From the NCBI RefSeq assembly GCF_000341395.1, contig NC_020304.1, positions 3,240,001 through 3,272,000 on the forward strand: a DNA stretch of 32,000 bases, read 5' to 3'. Below the pieces are notes generated by a model. That model saw only the letters and a program-made list of their open reading frames with translations, did no database searches and was not told the origin of the DNA. The DNA is from Desulfocapsa sulfexigens DSM 10523 (GTDB lineage Bacteria; Desulfobacterota; Desulfobulbia; Desulfobulbales; Desulfocapsaceae). Position 1 is the stretch's first letter, and every line of letters starts with the position of its first letter. The position numbers were made by a program, and so were the translations under genes. Of this stretch, positions 9,714-17,185 are shown piece after piece.

Positions 9714-10015
9714 AAGTGAGCCTTGTAAGTAAATTCCGAAAATGACTTCCATGTTACGAAAAAAGCAAATTCAAGTACTCCTGATCGTATATATGGTAAA
9801 CTGATAACACCATCTTTGTAGTTTGTAAATACATTTATTAGTAAAGAAAACAAACATATGCGAACGATCACCAAACACAAGGCCAACTGTAGCATAATTA
9901 CACAAGTGTAATCAATACCCCTCTGCTTGAAGCAGGCTATATCCTTATAAGGTTTCGCTTGAAAACGGTTTCAATAATGAAACTGGGGGGCTGGAAGGAA
10001 GATCGTAGAATTGCT

Positions 10016-10064
10016 AAAAAAAGAAAGCGTGCCTGAACTGCTTCAAGGAAAAACAATCCAGGCA
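10016..10064 (-). terminator. probable intrinsic terminator downstream of the U32 peptidase gene
   Basis: On the minus strand, UGCCUGGAUUG pairs with CAGUUCAGGCA (plus-strand 10054-10064 and 10030-10040). That is 11 bp including two G-U pairs, with a 13-nt loop, followed by CGCUUUCUUUUUUU. Confidence 0.45.
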
Positions 10065-10080
10065 TACCTTAAAAAAACAG

Positions 10081-12327
10081 TTATTCCAGAGTTCCGAGAT
10101 AATTAAAAGTTGGAAGCTTTGAATACTTTCCAGTTCCTTTCAGCCTCTCAGCCAACTCTTCCATCTCTTTTTTATTGATTTGCATATTACTTAAATCAAT
10201 GACCGCATAATCCAATCCGGCAGATTTCAGCTCAAAGAGGTATGGGAGTAAGGAGAAAGGACGTACCGGAACAGTAGCCGTAACATTTTCTTTTTTAATT
10301 ATGGTAAACTCTTCATTTTTAGGACTGCTCAATGTTTTATTGTACTGAAAATGTTCCGGATCCAATCGGGCCGTAAACAACGCCGGGGCACCGTATACAG
10401 TGAGTCCCAGTTTCATTTCACTCTGATATCTCCGATATCGCGCAATGAGTTCAATCAGAATTTTCTGATCACTCTCAATGGAAAGTTGAGCTGCTTCAAG
10501 CCCGCCCTCTTCAACTAAGGTAACCGCCTGACTATTTAACAGGCTCACGGTAAAATCGGAAGACAGGTAGACCCGTTCTTCATTTTGAAAAAAGGTAAAC
10601 TGGGTAATATGACCAAGTTGAAAACTCCTAAACCCCGAACGGATAAGGAGCTGTATTTGTTTTTTTAACCTCTGCAGCTCTCCTTCAAAAAGAACAGGGG
10701 GGAGGCACCAGGTAAGATCCCGGACACGTCGTCCAAGATAACGTTTAAGCTGGCCGGTCTGGCTGAGATTACTTTTCGTAACCGGTAGCAGATAACGATC
10801 TGGAACAAAGGGTAAGGGGTTGAAAAGTATTTTAGCCTCATCGACCCTGAGCCAGACGTCAAGTGGCAATTTCATTTTTCTTGTCGGCTTTATCCCTTTT
10901 TTGCCAACATATTTGCGTGGTGTAATAATCTCGGGAATCTCTTCATCATGAAGCGGTGAAGCAACCTCTCTCAGGATTTCACGAATTCTCCCGGAATTTT
11001 TGTCAGATATTTGAGCGAGCTCAGTTGCACAGCGTTGAATGTCTGGCAGAACATCCGGGGAAAATGAAACCTTCCTCACATCAACCCTATACACATCAAT
11101 TTTGTTGGATTGTTCGTAATACTGCCATTCCGGTAAGAGCAGCTGTACTTTATCTCCGGCCTCTGCAATCTCAACACTGTCGTTTCCAAGGCGCAGCTCC
11201 TTGAGGCTAAACGCCAATCTCTCCCCTGAAGGTTCAGCATGAAGCCGTAGCCTGTCCCCAGCTGCCAGTTCCTCTTTAAGAGCCAACTTCCCGTACAATC
11301 TGTTCTCATAGGGTTTGACATTCCCGAGCCTCCCAAGATAATCACCCGTGCTACCAGAATGATGTGGAGTAATGGCATCAATTGGCTGCGGAGAAAAGAA
11401 ATAGCCGGACGATGTTTTTCTTCCCATGGCACGGTTACTCAACAGAGTAGCCTCTTTTATCGCGGCAGGAAGGCGTTCCTCGGTGGCATCCATAACGAGC
11501 CTGTAGGCGCGGACAATATGCGAGACATAATGGGCAGAACGGAGACGTCCTTCAATTTTAAGTGAAGCCACGCCAGCTGCTCGAAGATCCGGCACAGCCT
11601 CAAGGGCTGAAAGATCATTCATGGAAAAAAGGTACTGCCCTTTTCCACCAGGCTTCCCCTTGGCGGAATCCTGTTGAGCTCTCTGATTCTTTTTTGATCG
11701 CGAAGAATTTTGCCCACCACGCTGTGCATTCCAGCTATAGTGACGACGACAGGGCTGAACGCATTTGCCGCGAAGACCACTTTTACCACCTAAAAAAGAT
11801 GAAAACAAACAGAGCCCCGAGTAGGAAAAGCACATGGCGCCATGGACAAAAACTTCAATCTCAATATCACTCTTCTGACACAGAAGTTGAATTTCCTTCA
11901 GGGTGAGTTCTCTTGCAAGCACTACTCTTTCAAAGCCCATGGTTTTGAATCCGGCCAATGATTCTGAGTTGTTGGCTGAGAGGAGCGTGGATGCATGGAG
12001 AGGTATGTCAGGGAAGTGTTCCCGAATCATGCGCACCAGACCGATATCCTGGACAATAAGACCATCTGTCCCCATGGCTTCCAGCATCGCAAGGGTTTCT
12101 ACGGCCTGAGGGAGATCCTGTTCGCGAACAAGGCTATTGGCGGCAAGATAGATTTTCTTTTCGTTAGAGTGACAGTACTGAACCATGGAAAAAATTTCTT
12201 CAAGACGAAGATCACGGGCCAGATTCCTGGCATTCAATGCAGGAGCACCGACATACACAGCATCGGCACCTGCGTCCATTGCGGCAAGAAAGTTTTCTCG
12301 GTTGCCTGCAGGTGCCAGGAGTTCCAT
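10081..12327 (-). CDS. U32 family peptidase (long form, 748 aa)
   Basis: N-terminus MELLAPAGNRENFLAAMDAGADAVYVG. EVFVHGAMCFSYSGLCLFS fits the U32 signature E-x-F-x2-G-[SA]-[LIVM]-C-x4-G-x-C. A low-complexity insert reads GGQNSSRSKKNQRAQQDSAKGKPGGKG. Confidence 0.85.
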   Translation of the reverse strand: MELLAPAGNRENFLAAMDAGADAVYVGAPALNARNLARDLRLEEIFSMVQYCHSNEKKIYLAANSLVREQDLPQAVETLAMLEAMGTDGLIVQDIGLVRMIREHFPDIPLHASTLLSANNSESLAGFKTMGFERVVLARELTLKEIQLLCQKSDIEIEVFVHGAMCFSYSGLCLFSSFLGGKSGLRGKCVQPCRRHYSWNAQRGGQNSSRSKKNQRAQQDSAKGKPGGKGQYLFSMNDLSALEAVPDLRAAGVASLKIEGRLRSAHYVSHIVRAYRLVMDATEERLPAAIKEATLLSNRAMGRKTSSGYFFSPQPIDAITPHHSGSTGDYLGRLGNVKPYENRLYGKLALKEELAAGDRLRLHAEPSGERLAFSLKELRLGNDSVEIAEAGDKVQLLLPEWQYYEQSNKIDVYRVDVRKVSFSPDVLPDIQRCATELAQISDKNSGRIREILREVASPLHDEEIPEIITPRKYVGKKGIKPTRKMKLPLDVWLRVDEAKILFNPLPFVPDRYLLPVTKSNLSQTGQLKRYLGRRVRDLTWCLPPVLFEGELQRLKKQIQLLIRSGFRSFQLGHITQFTFFQNEERVYLSSDFTVSLLNSQAVTLVEEGGLEAAQLSIESDQKILIELIARYRRYQSEMKLGLTVYGAPALFTARLDPEHFQYNKTLSSPKNEEFTIIKKENVTATVPVRPFSLLPYLFELKSAGLDYAVIDLSNMQINKKEMEELAERLKGTGKYSKLPTFNYLGTLE

Positions 12328-12395
12328 AATGTATTTTATTTAGTAAAAGGTTTTAGGGTTCGAAAAAAAAAAAAAGCGTTCGAACAGTGGAAAGA

Positions 12396-12941
12396 TTATT
12401 CTTTCTGGTTTTGGAGAAGAACTTCATCCTGTCCACCGTTTTCAGTAAACATTACCTGAATTCTTTCATCTGTACGGACTGTGGTGCTGAGGCCGATATA
12501 ATCTGCCTGAATAGGGAGTTCACGCCCTCCCCTGTCAATCAGTATTGCAAGTTGCACACTGTGGGGACGCCCATAATCCATCAAGGCATCAAGGGCCGCT
12601 CGAATGGTTCTACCGGTAAAGAGCACATCATCTACTAAAATTATGTCCCTCCCTTCAACGGCAAAGCTGATGTCAGTCGTCTTAACCACCGGATTTTGAG
12701 TAATAAGACTCCAGTCATCACGGTATAGATTTATGTCAAGGCTTCCATGGGGCACAGACTGTGAGGTTTGCTGTTCTACAAATTTTCGTATTCTTTCGGC
12801 GAGAAAAACTCCACAGGTGTGTATACCTACTATGGCAAGATTGTCAGGGCTGTGATTTTTCTCAAGAACCTGAAGGCTGATTCGGTTTACAGCAAGTGTG
12901 ATCTCATCACTGTTCAAAAGTATGCTGCTCTTCATAATCAC
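12396..12941 (-). CDS. pyrR: bifunctional pyr operon regulator / uracil phosphoribosyltransferase PyrR
   Basis: 181 aa. The PRTase loop ILVDDVLFTGRTIRAALDAL and the N-terminal part match PyrR. Its start overlaps the purN stop (ATGA, 12938-12941). Confidence 0.9.
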   Translation of the reverse strand: MIMKSSILLNSDEITLAVNRISLQVLEKNHSPDNLAIVGIHTCGVFLAERIRKFVEQQTSQSVPHGSLDINLYRDDWSLITQNPVVKTTDISFAVEGRDIILVDDVLFTGRTIRAALDALMDYGRPHSVQLAILIDRGGRELPIQADYIGLSTTVRTDERIQVMFTENGGQDEVLLQNQKE

Positions 12942-13528
12942 CCCTGTACTCGATTCCAGAAAAATTCTATTCCCCTTGCAGCGACCCTGTTGAGCGCCTC
13001 TGGAAATGCCTCACATTCCGCAGCAAAGACCTTGTCAGCAACTGTATCGGGTGTTTCGTCATAGTCGAGTGCTACGGCCTGCTGGTAAATAATAGGCCCT
13101 TCATCATACACTTCATTGGCAAAATGAACGGTACAACCACTCACCATACAGCCCCGTTTCAGGACCGCCTTATGGACCCGTGAGCCATAAAAACCATCAC
13201 CACAAAATGAAGGAATTAGAGACGGATGGATATTAACCACAGCTTTTTTTAAGTGTGGCGGTGCTGTATATAACTTGAGATACCCGGCAAGAGCGATAAT
13301 ATCCACGTCGTAATCTTTCAAAATGGAATTAACAGCATCATTGTCTTTTGCATGAAAGGCTGGATATCCATACTTCTCCGCTTTTCTAAGGCCGAGAACG
13401 TTTTCAACATTGGAAACAACCACCTGTATCTGTGCCTGAAGACTTCCCTCCTTTATCCGTTCATGAAAATTATCGAGTGTTCTTCCACTTCCCGAGAGCA
13501 GCACCGCCATTTTTAACATTTCAGCCAT
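12938..13528 (-). CDS. purN: phosphoribosylglycinamide formyltransferase
   Basis: 196 aa. AVLLSGSGRTLDNF, DIIALAGYLKL, VNIHPSLIPSFCG and GCTVHF are PurN motifs. Confidence 0.9.
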   Translation of the reverse strand: MAEMLKMAVLLSGSGRTLDNFHERIKEGSLQAQIQVVVSNVENVLGLRKAEKYGYPAFHAKDNDAVNSILKDYDVDIIALAGYLKLYTAPPHLKKAVVNIHPSLIPSFCGDGFYGSRVHKAVLKRGCMVSGCTVHFANEVYDEGPIIYQQAVALDYDETPDTVADKVFAAECEAFPEALNRVAARGIEFFWNRVQG

Positions 13529-13531
13529 TCC

Positions 13532-14152
13532 TTATTTGAAGAAATCGTTACCATCAACATCCACTTTTTCTAGCCATGCGGAGATGGCAGTATCATACTC
13601 AGATGTTAGTTTGAAAACCTTTGCAGCAAGACGGAACCGTGTTTTTAAGGTAGTATTGCCAGTTTCTTTAATTTCTTTCAAAACTTGAGGATAGTCTGCA
13701 GGATCAACAATAACCGTCACATCATTAAAATTTTTAGCAGAGGCCCGCAGCATGGTAGGACCACCGATATCAATATTTTCTATGGCATCACCAAGACTGC
13801 AGTTGGGATCAGCCACTGTTTTTTCGAAGGCATAAAGGTTGACCGCAATCAGATCAATATTTTTAAGACCATGTTCGGCACACTGTTTCTGGTGGTCACT
13901 GTTTGCTCTTTGATTTAATATGCCTCCATGCACCTTTGGATGCAGGGTCTTCACCCGGCCATCAAGCATTTCAGGAAACCCTGTGAATTCAGAGACATCC
14001 ATCACACTGATACCGGCTTCCCTGATCTTGGCGGCAGTTCCACCTGTGGAGAGAATTTCTATACCAAGATCAGCGAGTTCTTTGGCAAAACCTTCAATTC
14101 CTGACTTATCGGTCAGACTAATTAATGCTCTTTCTACTTTGCTCATTTCCAA
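13532..14152 (-). CDS. purH: IMP cyclohydrolase (PurH N-terminal MGS-like domain only, 206 aa)
   Basis: [69 protein letters not shown] is the IMPCH domain of PurH. The ORF stops after ~200 aa and purN follows 3 nt later. No AICAR transformylase domain is present. Confidence 0.85.
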   Translation of the reverse strand: MEMSKVERALISLTDKSGIEGFAKELADLGIEILSTGGTAAKIREAGISVMDVSEFTGFPEMLDGRVKTLHPKVHGGILNQRANSDHQKQCAEHGLKNIDLIAVNLYAFEKTVADPNCSLGDAIENIDIGGPTMLRASAKNFNDVTVIVDPADYPQVLKEIKETGNTTLKTRFRLAAKVFKLTSEYDTAISAWLEKVDVDGNDFFK

Positions 14153-14161
14153 TCCTTTTTT

Positions 14162-14557
14162 TTATTCACCCTTGCGGATGAATTCCTTGATCTTTCGTCT
14201 ATCACGTTTTCCGGGCCTTTTGGCCGGTACGGTCTGTCCGGCAAAGAACATGGTGCGTTCTTCCTTCTGCTCCTTCCGGTTCTGTATGGACTGTTCCGTT
14301 TCCTCATACAGGGACTGGGCTATCCTGGCAGGTCCCCTGCGGTTGGAAAGTTCCACAATGATAACGGTATGTGTAACCGGACCTCTGTGAACGCAGAGTT
14401 CGTCTCCTTCGACTACTGCTTTGGATGGTTTGCAGCGTTGTCCATTGAGAAAGACTTTTCCACCCGTTGCAGCCCTGCTTGCAAGACTCCGAGTTTTAAA
14501 AAATCTGGCAGCCCACAGCCACTTATCAACCCGTACAGTTTCCTCTGTTTCACTCAT
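14162..14557 (-). CDS. hslR: ribosome-associated heat shock protein Hsp15 (S4 RNA-binding domain)
   Basis: VRVDKWLWAARFFKTRSLASRAATGGKVFLNGQRCKPSKAVVEGDEL aligns with E. coli HslR (VRLDKWLWAARFYKTRALA...GGKVHYNGQRSKPSK). The start is uncertain: ATG 14557 is chosen by N-terminal alignment, and ATG 14587 is also possible. Confidence 0.75.
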   Translation of the reverse strand: MSETEETVRVDKWLWAARFFKTRSLASRAATGGKVFLNGQRCKPSKAVVEGDELCVHRGPVTHTVIIVELSNRRGPARIAQSLYEETEQSIQNRKEQKEERTMFFAGQTVPAKRPGKRDRRKIKEFIRKGE

Positions 14558-14778
14558 ACACAAAAACCCGTTTACGATCATAGACATTTCAATTCACGAA
14601 ACAGACATTTTACACTGAAACAACATAAATGCATACAAAAAGATACGTATCAGAGGCCTGTTAGGGCTGTATAAAAGGTCTGGCGATAATTGCAACTTGT
14701 CGAACAGAGGAAAAAAGAGTAAAGAAAGCACACTGAAAAATTGAATCCTAAACTGTCTACCCCACACCAGGACCGCAC

Positions 14779-15666
14779 ATGCTTGTTAAAGACCTTCTTC
14801 AAAGCCATAAAACCACCTTTAGTTTTGAATTTTTTCCCCCAAAAGAAGATGCAGCAGCCGATCGCTTACTGCAGACAATATCCAATCTTATGCCCCTTGG
14901 CCCATCCTACGTTAGTGTCACCTATGGTGCCGGAGGCACTACACGGGACAGAACCCATGACCTGGTTGTTCGCATCAAGGAGCAGACCAATATTACGGTA
15001 GTTTCACATCTCACCTGTGTGGGAAGCACCCGTGCCGAGATCCACGGAATTTTAGAAAAATATCAGGATGCCGGAATCGAAAACATCCTCGCTCTCCATG
15101 GTGATCCGCCAAAAGATCAGAAAAATTTTGTCGAGCCCGTCGATGGCTTTGCCTATGCCGCAGATCTTGTAGGCTATATTAAAAAACATTTCCCACAGAT
15201 GTGTGTAGGTGTTGCTGGTTTTCCAGAAGGACACCCAGCAACACCGAATCGTCTTCAGGAAATCCAGTATTTAAAAGAGAAGGTGGATGCAGGGGCAGAC
15301 TATATCGTAACCCAGCTCTTTTTTGATAATCGCGATTTTTATGACTATTGTGAACGCTGTGAACTTGCCGGAATTCACGTTCCCAATATCGCTGGGATCA
15401 TGCCTGTCAGCACAAAAAGCGGTCTGATACGAACGGCAGAACTTGCCGGTGGGGCCAGGATTCCCGCCAGACTGTTAAAGGCGGTTGATCGAGCCGAAAA
15501 TGACGAATATGTTGAGAAGGTAGGTATTCACTGGGCCACTGAACAAATTCGTGACCTACTGGATAACGATGTACGAGGAATCCAGTTCTTCACCCTTAAC
15601 TCCTCACAGGCCACTCAGGAGATTTACAATTCCCTGGGGGTTCGTGACTCAAATCAGCTTCGTTAG
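14779..15666 (+). CDS. metF: methylenetetrahydrofolate reductase
   Basis: 295 aa. FSFEFFPPK, VSVTYGAGGTTRDRTHDLV, LTCVG, NILALHGDPP and ADYIVTQLFFD are MetF motifs. Confidence 0.9.
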   Translation: MLVKDLLQSHKTTFSFEFFPPKEDAAADRLLQTISNLMPLGPSYVSVTYGAGGTTRDRTHDLVVRIKEQTNITVVSHLTCVGSTRAEIHGILEKYQDAGIENILALHGDPPKDQKNFVEPVDGFAYAADLVGYIKKHFPQMCVGVAGFPEGHPATPNRLQEIQYLKEKVDAGADYIVTQLFFDNRDFYDYCERCELAGIHVPNIAGIMPVSTKSGLIRTAELAGGARIPARLLKAVDRAENDEYVEKVGIHWATEQIRDLLDNDVRGIQFFTLNSSQATQEIYNSLGVRDSNQLR

Positions 15667-15673
15667 CTCTACA

Positions 15674-16411
15674 ATGAAAATCCGGTCCGTAGGCATAAAA
15701 GACATCCAGGTTCCTGTCCGTATTCGTGAAAAAAACGGTGGCCTGCAGAACAGTGTGGCCACTATCTCGCTTCAAGCCAGTCTCCCTGGGAAATACAGAG
15801 AAAGTTGTGTCCTGACCTTTACTACTGTACTCAATAAATATATGGACGATTTGAGTGTCACAAATTTCCCCGAACTTCTCGCTGAAGTGAAGGAGGGATT
15901 ATGTGCTGAGAGTGCCAGAGTCGAGATGTCCTTTCCATATTTTATAGAAAAAAAAGCTCCCGTCTCAGGAACCAGAAGCCTTATGGAATATGAATGCAGT
16001 TTTACCGGAGAAGTGGGGACTGATGACGATTTCATCCTATCAGTGAGGGTTCCGATTACCACACTCTGCCCCTGCTCCAAAGAAATCAGTACAGCCGGTG
16101 CCCATAATCAACGTGCTGAAGTGACCCTGAATGTCAAATTCAACAAGTTCATCTGGGCAGAAGATCTCATTGCAATGATAGAAAAATCCGCATCCTGTGA
16201 GCTGTGGGCCCTGCTGAAACGCCCTGATGAAAAATATGTCACCGAGCGCGCCTATGAAAACCCGATGTTTGTTGAAGACGTGGTCCGAAAGGTTGCCGTT
16301 TCCGCACTCGACGATTCGAAAATAACCTGGTTTTCAGCAAGTGTAGAGAGCTTCGAATCCATCCATAAACACAGCGCCTACGCCTATGTTGATTCCAATG
16401 AAATTCGCTGA
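15674..16411 (+). CDS. GTP cyclohydrolase FolE2/MptA-like protein (divergent N-terminal half)
   Basis: TTLCPCSKEISTAGAHNQRAEV, LLKRPDEKYVTERAYENPMFVEDVVR and ESIHKHSAYAY match the FolE2 C-terminal two-thirds. The start was moved to ATG 15674 because the ORF-track start at 15551 overlaps metF. Confidence 0.72.
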   Translation: MKIRSVGIKDIQVPVRIREKNGGLQNSVATISLQASLPGKYRESCVLTFTTVLNKYMDDLSVTNFPELLAEVKEGLCAESARVEMSFPYFIEKKAPVSGTRSLMEYECSFTGEVGTDDDFILSVRVPITTLCPCSKEISTAGAHNQRAEVTLNVKFNKFIWAEDLIAMIEKSASCELWALLKRPDEKYVTERAYENPMFVEDVVRKVAVSALDDSKITWFSASVESFESIHKHSAYAYVDSNEIR

Positions 16412-16529
16412 CAGATACTGCTAAAGATAAGACATCTCGATACCCTTGCCGCTGTTTTTTTTCAAACCACCCGTCTGCTCTTCCAAAACGACAAATTTAA
16501 ATATACATATCCGTCGTAATTCATTCGTT

Positions 16530-17078
16530 TCAGCTGTTCTTTTCAATCCGTTCTTTCAATTCAACAGCTGCCTTCATCATTCGGAAAAGTTCCCGGTAAT
16601 GAAACTTATAATGTGTTTTTACATATTGATACACAACCTGGCGCAGCTCTTTTTCGTTAATGTTCGGGTGCTCTGAGATGATTTCCCGGATAAAATCACT
16701 TTCCCAATCGGGTTCAAAGGGGATCTGCTCCATGAGACACTCCTGATATACTTCCATTGCCTCATTAATTAGCGTGTCCCGCAGTCGTTCAGCCTCATGA
16801 AACTGTTTTTTGGCGTGTAGATTTGAACCTTTTCTGTTTGTTACAAAGAGATACATTTCTTCTAGTGGCCCCTGTCTCAGTACCTTGGCAAGATATTTTA
16901 TCTGACGCTTTCTGGATCCGCCTTTCAGGCCGCGGGTGGCAAGAATTTCTTCATGAATAACAGGACCACCTGGAAAACTTTTCAGTTCCTTGTCCGAAAG
17001 ATCTGCCACCTCTCTTGCAAGTTCCTCGACCTGTTTATATATACGCTTTACTTCTGATCTGCTGATAAAATCTGACAT
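16530..17078 (-). CDS. yjgA: ribosome-associated protein YjgA/DarP (DUF615)
   Basis: SRSEVKRIYKQVEELAREVADL and GSRKRQIKYLAKVLRQ align with E. coli YjgA ([22 protein letters not shown] and GRRRQLQLIGKMLRQ). Confidence 0.75.
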   Translation of the reverse strand: MSDFISRSEVKRIYKQVEELAREVADLSDKELKSFPGGPVIHEEILATRGLKGGSRKRQIKYLAKVLRQGPLEEMYLFVTNRKGSNLHAKKQFHEAERLRDTLINEAMEVYQECLMEQIPFEPDWESDFIREIISEHPNINEKELRQVVYQYVKTHYKFHYRELFRMMKAAVELKERIEKNS

Positions 17079-17185
17079 AGGTCACACCGTTTGCAATAAA
17101 ATTTATTAATTCTCTCAATAACATTGGCGGTCAGGAAAACTTTCCGCAATTTCAAATACCACCGTCCCGTCAGGTAACGTTTACG

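Noticed and set aside
9629-9895. 88-aa minus-strand ORF with a hydrophobic N-terminus.
   Set aside because: It overlaps the zinc-ribbon ORF in another frame, has no RBS and no recognisable domain. It is kept only as part of the gene-poor-gap finding.
12363-12375. A13 tract (T13 on the coding strand) between pyrR and the U32 gene, considered as a terminator, attenuator or slippage tract.
   Set aside because: The only pairing available is a 5-bp GTTCG/CGAAC stem enclosing the T-run itself, so there is no canonical hairpin before the T-run. I cannot support a terminator or PyrR attenuator call from sequence alone.
15551-15673. N-terminal extension of the FolE2-like ORF overlapping the metF 3' end.
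   Set aside because: The extension overlaps metF out of frame and its sequence (MTYWITMYEESSSSPLTPHRP...) is not FolE2-like. ATG 15674, just after the metF stop, is the sensible start.
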